A stretch of DNA of 64,000 bases from an uncultured delta proteobacterium. GTDB lineage: Bacteria; Myxococcota_A; UBA9160; PR03. Both the position numbers and the translations under genes were made by a program. Location of the stretch: NCBI GenBank assembly GCA_963801625.1, contig CAWDFQ010000007.1, forward strand, positions 2,977 to 66,976, given 5' to 3'. Position 1 is the stretch's first letter, and the number at the start of each line of letters is the position of its first letter. Shown one piece after another: positions 41,904-51,100 of this stretch. The notes beneath the pieces are model-generated. The model was not told the origin of the DNA. It was given only the letters and a program-made list of their open reading frames with translations, and ran no database searches.

Positions 41904-42197
41904 CGTCTACGCTGCCTCCCCGGCAGCGCGCTCGTGGGCTCGGCGTCCTCGTGGATCCCCTGGCCGCTCTGGATCGTCATCGGGTAGCCGCTGGCGCGCT
42001 ACACCACACGGTGACCGTTCGCAGGCAGGTCGTACGCGACTTCCTGCGGCGAGCGGCCTTCGCGTGTCGACCCAGCCGGGCCTGACGAGCAGGGTGTCGG
42101 CGCGAATCATTAGATCGTGCATGGGTCGCCTCGGTACGCTGTTGCGTGCGCACGCTACCACACGAAATCTGCCGAACCGGGTCGCTCGCGCCGGGGC

Positions 42198-44621
42198 TCA
42201 GGACGACGCGTTCCCAGATGGGCCGAGTACGACGCGCTCGACGGTGTTGGGCACCTCGTCCGCTCGCCACAGCGCGGATCGGTACAGCTCGAAGCGCGAC
42301 CACGGGGCCGAGAGATTCGCGTGCCAGGCGGAGCCCGGGTCGCCGCTTGGTCCCGAGGAATGGGCGAACCACGCTTCATCGGGACGCGCGAGGTCGCACA
42401 CGAAGCGGCTCGTCGCGCCGACGAAGGCGCGCAAGCGCTTGCCTTCGTCGAGCGAGCGGGAGGGGCTCACGGTGTAGTCGTCACCGGGGAACGGGGCGTC
42501 GAGCGCAATCAGACGGGCGCCGACGAGCGGCAATTCCGCGAGCAGGGTACCGAGTCGCGCGCGCTGGATGCGGCCCCACGACAGGCCCCTGTTGGCGTGC
42601 GAGTCGGTGTGCGACTGGGCGTCCGACTCGACGTCCGACGGGGCCTCCGACTCGGCCCCGCAGATCGACGCGATGCGATCGATTCCCGCGCGCAGCGCAT
42701 CGGCGGCGAGATCGGCGAGCGGGCCGGCGGCGCGCTCGATGTCGGCGCGCAGCGGATCGGCGCTGTCGACGAGCAGGCGCTGGAGGCGCGGGATTGCGCG
42801 CCGGCTGTTCGCAAAACGCGGTCCGACACGGGGTCCCAGCAGCGCCTGCGCGACGCGTTCGGAGAGCGACTTCTGCGTGAAGAAGAAGATCGCGGCGGCG
42901 GCCGACTCGATCGGGAAGCTGCCGTCCCACGCTGCGAGCGACGCGACGGCGCGTCCTTCGCGTGAAGCCTCGCCCTGAAAGCGTGCGAGCAGCAGCACCA
43001 GCGCGTCGCGCAGCGGCGGCGCGTAGTCCGCCGTCACGTCGGCCTGCATCGCACGAAAACTCTCGACGTCGTGCTCGACGCGCGCGGCCAGCAGGCGCTC
43101 GATGCGATCCTGGCGGTGGCGCGGCTCGAAGTGCACGCGCGTCGCGATCGGGCCGATCTGCGCGGCGTCGACGATCGAATTTGCGGTCGCGATCGCGCCC
43201 TCGGCGGGGTTCAATCGCTTCGGCATCTCGGAGAAGTCGAGGAATCCGTCCCACTGCGCTTCCGGATCGTGGGCGTCGCGCACGAAGAGACCGTCGCGCC
43301 GCCGCCGCGGCAGGCGACCGAAGAGTTCCCAGCCGAAGTGGCCGTCCTTATGGGCATAGACGTGATTGAAGTCGAAGGGTCCCTCGTTCATGTCGGCGAG
43401 TGCGGCGCGGTGTTCGTTCACCGTCGTCGAGGCAGCGAGTGCGAGGTAGCCGGCGAGATAGCGGCCGGTGTCGGACGGCACGTAGCGGACCGCGAGGTCC
43501 GCGCCGTCGTCGTGCTTCCAGCCCGGATACAGGATTCCGTGTTTACAGGACTCCCACTCGAGCCTCACGGAGCGACCGAAGCGGGCAGGCCGCTTCTCGC
43601 GGTGCGTGCGGATCGCGCCGGTCCCCGTGCTGGTCCGATAGCGCGTGCGGTCTCCCGGGACGCGGTGCACCCGGTAGAGGTCCCAGCCGTCGCGGAAGCC
43701 GGTCGTGCAGCCCCATGCGAGGTGGCCGTTGTGTCCGAAGCCAAAGGCGGGGTAACCGGGGAACACTCCACCTTGCACGCGCGCGCCGGGCCATTCGAGA
43801 TGGGCGTGATACCAGTAGGTGGGGAGGGGCACCAGCGGAACGTGGGGATCGTTGGCGACGATCGGCGCACCCGAAGCCGAGCGTGTCGCCGCCACGGCCC
43901 AGTTGTTGCTGCCCGCCGAGGGCACATGCACCGGCGGCTCGGGGAGTGTTCCTTCCCCGTGTCGCTCGAGGTCGGGAACGTGCTGCCACGGGGCCTCGGG
44001 ATAGATCCGGCGCGCCACTTCGTCGCCGACGTGACCGCGCACGGCGTCGAAGACGAGTTCGTTGTCGAGGTTCACCAGGGAAACGACGAAGCCGCAGGTG
44101 CGCGCCGCGAGCAGGCAGTCGGCCGGGTGCCACGCGCGGGCGCGGCCGAGCAGCAGGTACTCGGCCGGGTAGACGCCGTTCATGGCGCGCAGCGCGGCGT
44201 TCACGCCTTCGGCGAAGGCATCGACGCAGCTGCGGGCACGCGCCGGCATCGTCGCGAGATCCGCGTGGCTCGCGGCCTCGAAGTCGAGCGGGCGGACGAA
44301 ACCGTCGAGGTCGGCGATGGCGCGGCCAGAGAACAGGGACTCGCCACGTGCCGGTGCGCGCCAGTTGCCGAGCAGCTCACAGACACGACCCGCACCGAGG
44401 TGCCGAATCAGATCGAGCAGTACGAAGCGGTCCGCGCCTTGCAAGAAACCGAGCAGCGCATACGCGTCGCGCTCGTGCTGGGCGTAGACATGCGGGATGC
44501 CGCGGGCGTCCCGCACGACTTCCACCCGTCCGTGCAGCGCAGGAACCGCGTTTGCGGTGAGGGCCGGGCGCGTGCCTCGGACGCGCCGTCCCGCGAGAGC
44601 GGCGACGAGACGCATCGCCAT
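42198..44621 (-). CDS. penicillin acylase family (Ntn-hydrolase) protein
   Basis: Intact 807 codons from the ATG at 44621 (MAMRLVAALAG...). It carries VRDARGIPHVYA, the autoproteolytic nucleophile context PSAGSNNWAV, and ANDPH and HNGHLAWG blocks. I see no obvious hydrophobic signal peptide at the called start. Confidence 0.8.
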   Translation of the reverse strand: MAMRLVAALAGRRVRGTRPALTANAVPALHGRVEVVRDARGIPHVYAQHERDAYALLGFLQGADRFVLLDLIRHLGAGRVCELLGNWRAPARGESLFSGRAIADLDGFVRPLDFEAASHADLATMPARARSCVDAFAEGVNAALRAMNGVYPAEYLLLGRARAWHPADCLLAARTCGFVVSLVNLDNELVFDAVRGHVGDEVARRIYPEAPWQHVPDLERHGEGTLPEPPVHVPSAGSNNWAVAATRSASGAPIVANDPHVPLVPLPTYWYHAHLEWPGARVQGGVFPGYPAFGFGHNGHLAWGCTTGFRDGWDLYRVHRVPGDRTRYRTSTGTGAIRTHREKRPARFGRSVRLEWESCKHGILYPGWKHDDGADLAVRYVPSDTGRYLAGYLALAASTTVNEHRAALADMNEGPFDFNHVYAHKDGHFGWELFGRLPRRRRDGLFVRDAHDPEAQWDGFLDFSEMPKRLNPAEGAIATANSIVDAAQIGPIATRVHFEPRHRQDRIERLLAARVEHDVESFRAMQADVTADYAPPLRDALVLLLARFQGEASREGRAVASLAAWDGSFPIESAAAAIFFFTQKSLSERVAQALLGPRVGPRFANSRRAIPRLQRLLVDSADPLRADIERAAGPLADLAADALRAGIDRIASICGAESEAPSDVESDAQSHTDSHANRGLSWGRIQRARLGTLLAELPLVGARLIALDAPFPGDDYTVSPSRSLDEGKRLRAFVGATSRFVCDLARPDEAWFAHSSGPSGDPGSAWHANLSAPWSRFELYRSALWRADEVPNTVERVVLGPSGNASS

Positions 44622-44781
44622 CGCGAGCCGTCGCTTGCGCGGGAGCGGCAGGTCGTGGAATCGTGTCAAGCGGGGCGGCCTCCCAGGATTCAGCTTCTCG
44701 GCGGATTCCGATGAGCTCGCCGCGCTGTGCTGAAGTGGTATACACGCGATGCCTCTCGCTCGCGAGGCAGGGAGAGAAACG

Positions 44782-45123
44782 ATGAGCGACGACGCCGACC
44801 GGAAGCAGCAACAGCTGAAGCAGAAACTGCTGGAACGCGTGGCCGTGCTGGAAGCGCGCGCGGGGCGCATCAGTGGCGACTTGCGCCACGAGTCGCACCC
44901 CCTCGAGCAGGACTTCGCAGAGCAGGCCACGCAGCGCGAAAATGAAGAAGTGCTCGGCGCGCTCGATGAATCAGGCCGTCGCGAACTCGATTCGATTCGA
45001 GCCGCGCTCGCTCGCATCGAGGCTGGCGACTACGGGATCTGCCGCCGCTGCCGCGAGCCGATCTCGCCCGAGCGCCTGCGTGCGCTCCCGACCGCGCTCG
45101 AGTGCGTGCGCTGCGCCGCCTGA
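44782..45123 (+). CDS. DksA/TraR-family C4 zinc-finger protein
   Basis: The ATG at 44782 follows GGGAGAG. It has a coiled-coil N-terminus and the C-terminal YGICRRCREPISPERLRALPTALECVRC (CxxC-N17-CxxC). Confidence 0.75.
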   Translation: MSDDADRKQQQLKQKLLERVAVLEARAGRISGDLRHESHPLEQDFAEQATQRENEEVLGALDESGRRELDSIRAALARIEAGDYGICRRCREPISPERLRALPTALECVRCAA

Positions 45124-45136
45124 ACGCCGGGTCTCG

Positions 45137-46162
45137 CTAGAGGAATCCGAGGCGGCGGTCCGCTTCCTCGGAATCGTAGTCCTCGAACTGGAGGATGCCG
45201 AGGCGGTCGAAGGCCTCTCGCACACGCGCGGTGAGCAGTCCGAGCTTCTTCAAGTTCGGCACGATGCGCATGAAGAGCATCTTGCGGAACATCTGGGCGG
45301 GCGGCGACGCGAGGAACACCTCGCGCACCTCGTCGGCGTTCCAACCCATCGCATTGGCGATGTCATCGCCGATCAAGCGGTTTCTCATCAGCTCGCAGGC
45401 GTAGATGATGAACTCCTCGCGGTCTCGAAGCTCGCTCGCCGGCATGTCCTCGTAGTAGCCGCGGAGCGAGAGCACACCGAACGCGACGTGCCGCGACTCG
45501 TCCTTCATCACGTACTTGAGCAGCTCCTTGAGCAGCGGCTCCTGCGCGAGCTGATAGAGGTTGCCGAAGGCCGCCATCGCGAGTCCTTCGATGATGATCT
45601 GCATGCCGAGGTACTTGAAGTCCCAGCGGCTGTCCTTGATGGTGGCGTCGAGCAGTTCCTTGAGGCTCGCGTTGATCGGCCACTCCCATTCCAGCTTGTC
45701 GTGGAGGTAGCGGCTGAACACTTCCACGTGACGCGCCTCGTCCATCGTCTGGGTGCCGGCGTAGTACTTGGCGTCCATCCAGGGAACGCCGCCGACCAGC
45801 TGCGAGGCCACGATCAGCGCGCCCTGCTCCCCGTGCAGGAACTGCGAGAGCTGGAGCGAAATCTGCGCGTGGCGCAGGCGGGCGCGTTCCTTTCCGTCGA
45901 GCTTCTTGAACGGGCCATAGTCGGCGAGCGGGTTGATGGCGGGCGGGATGATCTCGCCCTCCGGATCGACCTGGGTGTCCCAGGCCAGCTGCGTCGTGCC
46001 GTTCCACTGATCGCGCTTGGCCTTCTCGTAGAGGTCCTGGAGACCTTCCTTCACGCTCCCGTAGTTCCAGACGTAGTTGGTGTCGAAGGAGGTGAGCACC
46101 GTTTCCAGCTCGCGGTCGAGGTGACGAAGCTGGTTCACGGACGGTGACTGGGCGTGGGACAT
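45137..46162 (-). CDS. ferritin-like di-iron carboxylate protein (putative oxygenase/oxidase)
   Basis: Intact 341-aa ORF. It has two E...ExxH-type sites (HGEQGA...MDEARHVE and EGLAMA...KDESRHVA), as in R2-like / AurF-like di-iron proteins. The specific function is unknown. Confidence 0.65.
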   Translation of the reverse strand: MSHAQSPSVNQLRHLDRELETVLTSFDTNYVWNYGSVKEGLQDLYEKAKRDQWNGTTQLAWDTQVDPEGEIIPPAINPLADYGPFKKLDGKERARLRHAQISLQLSQFLHGEQGALIVASQLVGGVPWMDAKYYAGTQTMDEARHVEVFSRYLHDKLEWEWPINASLKELLDATIKDSRWDFKYLGMQIIIEGLAMAAFGNLYQLAQEPLLKELLKYVMKDESRHVAFGVLSLRGYYEDMPASELRDREEFIIYACELMRNRLIGDDIANAMGWNADEVREVFLASPPAQMFRKMLFMRIVPNLKKLGLLTARVREAFDRLGILQFEDYDSEEADRRLGFL

Positions 46163-46641
46163 CGTCGGTTTCTCCTGCGGCGGGGCGCCGCGGCCAGCCT
46201 ATCGGTGGCCACCAGGTGTGTCCAACGGCCACTCATCTTGCACACACAGCGGATCCGCACGGGCTCGATCGAGATCCAATCCCTGGGAGAGGAATCCGGC
46301 CGGAATTGATGTATAGAAAATATCAGGACATCGCATTGACATCTAATCCAATTGCGCCGATGCTTCGTATCCATTTTCTGGCCGTATCCACGAGGGCATG
46401 AGGCTTGAAAGCAGCTCTGAGCCAGGTTCGAGGTCTTGCCGTGGCCTGCGGCGATCGACACGTGCTTGCGGATCTCCCGGATTTCGGCACGGAGCGTGCG
46501 AACAATGGCCGCTCGTCGGCCGTCGTAGCCCGCTCCGATTTGGCAGCCCCCGATTTCTCGCCGAGGCCCGGTGGCGACGCGATCGACGTCCGGCCTTGCG
46601 ACGCCCCTGGCACCCGACTCTCAGCGCGCGCCCGCAACTGA

Positions 46642-48048
46642 GTGGATGGAGACATGGACGACGACCTCATTCGCACCGAACAACCGCTCTTCGACGATCT
46701 CGAATCCGACGCCGCACGGCCCGAACCGAATGCGGTCCCGGATCCGCTGCGCGACGAGGACCACATTCCGAGCGCGCGCGAGACCCGGGCAAGCGGTCCA
46801 CCCGATGCGCTCGTTTCCTACATCCGTTCGATCTCGCAGACACCGATCCTCTCGCGCGAACAGCAGTACGAGATCGCGGGCGCGCTCGAAGCGCATCGCG
46901 AGGCATTCCTCGACGCGATCTTCGCCGTGCCGGCGACGGCAACGGAGATCGTGCGCCGCTGGCGCGAGCGAAAGGCCGCGGGCTACGTCACCGCCACCTT
47001 CTCCGCACACCACCTCGACGGCAGCGGTCGCGACCTCTCGGCCGAGATCGATCGCGCGCTGGGGGCGCTGGAGAAGCTGGTCGCGCGACGCGACACGGTG
47101 GTGCGCAACCGGCAGTCCCTGCGCCAGAGCGAGATGCTCGAGCGTCGCATCGCACGCGGGCTGCGCGAGGCCGGGCTGGCGTTCGAAGTGGTCGTCGAGA
47201 CGTATCGCGGCCTGGCAAAGGCGGCGGCTTCCCCGCGCCGTCGCGCGCGCGGCTCGGCGGCCGGACGCGAGCAGCTCGAGATCGCGCGGCGCTCCCTCGC
47301 GAGCTACGAAGTGACCAAGCAGCGCTTCGTGCGTCACAACCTGAAGCTGGTGGTGAAGTTCGCCAAGCAGTATCGCGGCATGGGCGTGCCGTTCCTCGAC
47401 CTGATCCAGGAAGGCAATCTCGGACTGATCCGCGCCGTCGAGAAGTTCGATCACCATCGCGGGCACAAGTTCTCTACCTACGCAGCTTGGTGGATCCACC
47501 AGGCGATGATTCGCGCGGTGCAGAAGCACTCGCGGACGGTGCGGGCTCCCTCGCACGTCTACGACCTGCAGCTTCGCTTCAAGCGCGCCGAGAAGAAGCT
47601 GCGGGGGCGAACGTCGGCGGAGCCGTCGCGGACCGAGATCGCGGCGGAGCTCGGGCTCTCTGCGCTCGAGATCGACCGTCTGATGTCGACGATGATGCCG
47701 ATCGCCTCGACGCACGCGCCGCTCGCCGGTACCGAGTCGCTCACGCTCGACGACGCGCTCGCGGACGACACGCTCGTCGATCCCGGCGAGGCGCTCGACC
47801 GCAACGTCGTGGTGAGCGAGATGCACGCGCTGCTCGAAGACCTCGAGCCCCGCGAGCGGGCCGTGATCGAGCGTCGGTTCGGGCTCGGCGAAGAGCCGAT
47901 CCAGACGCTGCAGGTGATCGGGCAACGCCTCGGACTTTCGCGCGAACGTGTGCGGCAGATCGAAGCGAAGGCACTCGACCGACTGCGGAAGAGCGGCAAG
48001 GCGGATCATCTCGCCAGCCTCCTCGACGGACAGCGCGAGGTCGCTTGA
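46642..48048 (+). CDS. RpoD-family (sigma-70) RNA polymerase sigma factor
   Basis: Intact 468-aa ORF. Region 2 is RHNLKLVVKFAKQYRGMGVPFLDLIQEGNLGLIRAVEKFDHHRGHKFSTYAAWWIHQAMIRAV. Region 4.2 is LQVIGQRLGLSRERVRQIEAKAL. It has an acidic N-terminus. The start is either GTG 46642 or ATG 46654. Confidence 0.9.
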   Translation: MDGDMDDDLIRTEQPLFDDLESDAARPEPNAVPDPLRDEDHIPSARETRASGPPDALVSYIRSISQTPILSREQQYEIAGALEAHREAFLDAIFAVPATATEIVRRWRERKAAGYVTATFSAHHLDGSGRDLSAEIDRALGALEKLVARRDTVVRNRQSLRQSEMLERRIARGLREAGLAFEVVVETYRGLAKAAASPRRRARGSAAGREQLEIARRSLASYEVTKQRFVRHNLKLVVKFAKQYRGMGVPFLDLIQEGNLGLIRAVEKFDHHRGHKFSTYAAWWIHQAMIRAVQKHSRTVRAPSHVYDLQLRFKRAEKKLRGRTSAEPSRTEIAAELGLSALEIDRLMSTMMPIASTHAPLAGTESLTLDDALADDTLVDPGEALDRNVVVSEMHALLEDLEPRERAVIERRFGLGEEPIQTLQVIGQRLGLSRERVRQIEAKALDRLRKSGKADHLASLLDGQREVA

Positions 48049-48114
48049 GAATCGTGCGAGGCGGGTTGCAGGTGGCGCGGTAGGCTCCGGGCCTCGTACG
48101 CCACGAGGGGATCC

Positions 48115-49347
48115 ATGAAGCCTCGCCGTCGTGTCGGCCTCGTGCTCTCCGGCGGTGGTGCCCGCGGTGCATACGAGGTTGGCGTCCTCGCGCACTTCTT
48201 CGAGCAGATCGTGCCGAAGCTCCCGCCGGGCTTCGACTTCGACCTGGTGAGCGGCACCTCGGTGGGCGCGATCCACGCCGCCTACGTCGCCGCGAGTTCG
48301 CACTGGGACGCCGCCCAGCGCGCGCGCCGGCTCGTCGACACGTGGAAGGACATGGAAGTCGCGCAGGTCGTGCGACTCGGCGTCGCTGACCTGCTCGGTG
48401 TTCCCTTGCGCGCGCTCGGCCTCGCACAGCTGCGGCGCCGTGCCGGTGGCAGGGCCAAGGCGCCCGAGGTGATCGGCGGACTCATCGACGTCTCGCCGTT
48501 GGAACGCATCGTCGCGCAGCGCGTGCCGTGGAGTGCCCTGCGCGACAACCTCCACAAGCCCCGCCCGCGTGCCCTTTGCGTGCTCTGCACGCAAGTGGGT
48601 TCGGGGCGCGTGGCGGTGTTCATGGACGGGCCGCTCGCGGACCCGTCACCCTGGTCGACCGACCCGAACATCCTGGCGATCCCCACCGAAATCACCGCGA
48701 TGCACGTGCGCGCCTCGGCAGCGATTCCGTTTCTTTTCCCCGCAGTGCGCATTGGCGAGCATTACTACGTCGACGGCGGCCTGCGCATGAACACGCCGCT
48801 CTCGCCCGCGCTGCGACTCGGTTGCGATCGCCTGCTCGTGATCGCGTTGAAACATCACCCCGCCGGTCCCGTCGAGACGCCCACGTTCTCGGACGCCGTG
48901 ATCACGCAGCCCGCGTTCCTGATCGGCAAGGTGCTCGACGCGCTGATCCTCGACCAGCTCGAAGTCGAGATCCACCGACTCCGCGTGGTGAATGCACTGC
49001 TCGCCCAGGGGGTCGCGATCTACGGCGACGACTTCATCGACAACGTCAGTGGTGCCGTGCGCTTGCAGCGCGGAGCGGGCTACCGGATCGTCGAGACGGC
49101 CGTCGTGCGACCGGGCGAAGACATCGGCCGCATTGCCGCCGCGTGCTATCGCAAGCACGGAGCCGGCGCGCTCGGCGCACTGCCCTCGCTGATGACGCGG
49201 CTGGCGCTGCGCGGTGTTCCCGAGGGCGAGGCTGACTTGCTCTCCTACCTGTTCTTCGACCGCCGCTTCACTTCCGAGCTGGTCGCGCTCGGCCGCGAGG
49301 ACGCGCGCCGCCAGGAAGACGAGATCCTGCAACTTCTCGTCGATTGA
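48115..49347 (+). CDS. patatin-like phospholipase family protein
   Basis: Intact 410-aa ORF. It carries VLSGGGARGAYEVGVL (oxyanion GGxR), GTSVGA (GxSxG) and YVDGGL (the catalytic Asp in DGG). Confidence 0.85.
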   Translation: MKPRRRVGLVLSGGGARGAYEVGVLAHFFEQIVPKLPPGFDFDLVSGTSVGAIHAAYVAASSHWDAAQRARRLVDTWKDMEVAQVVRLGVADLLGVPLRALGLAQLRRRAGGRAKAPEVIGGLIDVSPLERIVAQRVPWSALRDNLHKPRPRALCVLCTQVGSGRVAVFMDGPLADPSPWSTDPNILAIPTEITAMHVRASAAIPFLFPAVRIGEHYYVDGGLRMNTPLSPALRLGCDRLLVIALKHHPAGPVETPTFSDAVITQPAFLIGKVLDALILDQLEVEIHRLRVVNALLAQGVAIYGDDFIDNVSGAVRLQRGAGYRIVETAVVRPGEDIGRIAAACYRKHGAGALGALPSLMTRLALRGVPEGEADLLSYLFFDRRFTSELVALGREDARRQEDEILQLLVD

Positions 49348-49366
49348 GTCGGCGCTTCGTGGGCGA

Positions 49367-50308
49367 TCAGGCGAGCGCGGCGAAGCGCACGTCGGTGAGC
49401 GCTTCGGAGAGTTTCCAGAGTCGCGCCGCACTTGCGAGGTCCTTCGAGCGGGCGCTCGATCCGACCTTGCGCGGATGGCCCCATATCTCGCCGAGACTGG
49501 CGGGGCCGAAGAAGTCGCCGCCCTGCGCCTCCGGCGCGGTGGCGGCGTAGAGCGTCGGCAGCGCGCCCATCGCAGCGCTCTGGGCGATCAGCCGGTTGGC
49601 GACTTCGAAGAGCCGCTCGAGCGCACGGGATCCTTCCATCCGCGCTCCGACGGATTGCAGGTTGGTCGCTGCGTAGCCGGGGTGCACCGCGACACTGATC
49701 ACGGACGCGCCCGCCTTGCGCAACCGTCGATCGAGTTCGAACGCGAAGAGCAGGTTGGCGAGTTTGCTCTGCGCATAGGCGCGCCACTTGCGATAGCGGT
49801 GCTCGAGATGGAGATCGTCCCAGTGCATCTTGCCGGGACGGTGTGCCGAACTGCTCACGGAAACGACGCGCGCCCTGGGGGTGTCGAGCAGGCGTGGCAG
49901 CAACAGACCGGTCAGCGCGAAATGGCCGAGATGGTTGGTCCCGAGCTGCATCTCGAAGCCGTCCGCGGTGCGGCGGTGCGGGATCGCCATCACGCCCGCG
50001 TTGTTGCAGAGCAGGTCGAGTCGTTCGTGTTTCGCAACGAAGGCTTCCGCGAAAGCGCGCACCGAGGCGAGCGAAGCGAGGTCGAGCGGCATCGCTTCGA
50101 CGGAGGCAGCGGGACTCGCCGCGCAAATTGCCTGCAGCGCAGCCTGCGCTTTCGCCGCGTCGCGACAGGCGAGTACCACGTGAGCGCCCTTCGCCGCGAG
50201 CGCGAGCGCGGTCTCGCTGCCGAGCCCGCTGTTGGCGCCCGTCACGATCGCGACGCGACCGTTCTGATCCGGGATGTCGGTGCTGGCCCAGCGCGTGTCG
50301 TCGCTCAT
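49367..50308 (-). CDS. short-chain dehydrogenase/reductase (SDR) family oxidoreductase
   Basis: Intact 313 codons from the ATG at 50308. It carries VTGANSGLGSETA (TGxxxGxG), NNAG and YAQSKLANLLF (YxxxK). Confidence 0.85.
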   Translation of the reverse strand: MSDDTRWASTDIPDQNGRVAIVTGANSGLGSETALALAAKGAHVVLACRDAAKAQAALQAICAASPAASVEAMPLDLASLASVRAFAEAFVAKHERLDLLCNNAGVMAIPHRRTADGFEMQLGTNHLGHFALTGLLLPRLLDTPRARVVSVSSSAHRPGKMHWDDLHLEHRYRKWRAYAQSKLANLLFAFELDRRLRKAGASVISVAVHPGYAATNLQSVGARMEGSRALERLFEVANRLIAQSAAMGALPTLYAATAPEAQGGDFFGPASLGEIWGHPRKVGSSARSKDLASAARLWKLSEALTDVRFAALA

Positions 50309-51081
50309 CGGAAGCCTCCAGGACGCTGGGTGCGCGCGTCCGGCGCCCTCCAACCGTGGAAGGGATGGCGCGCAACCAGCTCGGGATCGCGGAATACGAG
50401 GACGAGCAGCATGCCCGCGACGAATCCACCGACGTGGGCCCAGAATGCGACACCGCCGCCTTCCGCGCCGAGACCCGTCGCGCCGCCGATCAGCTGTAGC
50501 GCGAGCCAGTAGAACAGCATGAATGCCGCCGGCACCGCGACGGTCGTGACGTAGAAGCCCAGCCACAACAACAGATGGACGCGCGCGCGCGGGTAGAGCA
50601 TGACGTAACCGCCCATCACGCCGCCGATCGCACCCGACGCGCCCACCATCGGAATCGGCGACGTGGGGTTTGCCGCCACCTGCAGGCCCGCCGCCGCGAG
50701 TCCGCAGAGCAGGTAGAAGAGCGCGAAGCGCGCGTGCCCCATCGAGTCCTCGACGTTGTTCCCGAAGATCCACAGGAACCACATGTTGCCGAGCAGGTGG
50801 AACCAGCCGCCATGCAGGAACATGTGCGTGAACAAGGTCATCCGGTCGGGGTTCGCGTCCACCACGCAGGTGAAGTGGGGCGTGAGCGGCACGCTCGTTC
50901 CCGGCGCTGCGAGTTGGAGCAGCTCACCCGGGATCAAGCCGAGGTCGCAGAGCGAATGGGCGAGGCCGGCCTCGCTGCCCAGTTTCTGGACCGTGAACCA
51001 GGCGAAGACGTTGAGCCCGATGATCCCCCACGTGACGACCGGCGTGAGGAAGTGCGGGTTCTCGTCGCGGATCGGGAACAT
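50305..51081 (-). CDS. rhomboid family intramembrane serine protease
   Basis: Intact 258-aa ORF. It carries HMFLHGGWFHLLGNMWFLWIFG, GASGAIGGVMG (catalytic Ser) and AHVGGFVAG (catalytic His). Its stop overlaps the SDR start by 4 nt (ATGA). Confidence 0.85.
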   Translation of the reverse strand: MFPIRDENPHFLTPVVTWGIIGLNVFAWFTVQKLGSEAGLAHSLCDLGLIPGELLQLAAPGTSVPLTPHFTCVVDANPDRMTLFTHMFLHGGWFHLLGNMWFLWIFGNNVEDSMGHARFALFYLLCGLAAAGLQVAANPTSPIPMVGASGAIGGVMGGYVMLYPRARVHLLLWLGFYVTTVAVPAAFMLFYWLALQLIGGATGLGAEGGGVAFWAHVGGFVAGMLLVLVFRDPELVARHPFHGWRAPDARTQRPGGFR

Positions 51082-51100
51082 CGCGCCGGTGCTCCGCCGC

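Noticed and set aside
41907-42122. Short - strand ORF starting MHDLMIRADTLLVRPGWVD, resembling the N-terminus of D-aminoacylase-type amidohydrolases
   Set aside because: Only ~20 residues resemble the family. The rest needs a frame shift and then stops after ~45 codons. At best it is a tiny remnant, and the evidence is insufficient for a feature.
46608-46625. Sigma-54-type promoter (TGGCAC-N5-TTGCA) before the sigma factor gene
   Set aside because: TGGCACCCGACTCTCA matches the -24 element but only 3 of 5 positions of the -12 element (TCTCA versus TTGCA). This is too weak to call.
46135-46641. ORFs 46135..46461 (-) and 46405..46641 (+) in the spacer upstream of the sigma factor gene
   Set aside because: The - strand ORF runs through the AT-rich patch with atypical codons (ata ttt tct ata cat caa) and overlaps the di-iron gene start. 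The + strand ORF has only ~70% G/C third positions and no motif. Neither is convincing.
48089-48105. Terminator hairpin CCTCGT-ACGCC-ACGAGG after the sigma factor gene
   Set aside because: It has only a 6-bp stem and no U-tract, and it sits 10 nt before the patatin start codon. This is not enough support for a terminator call.
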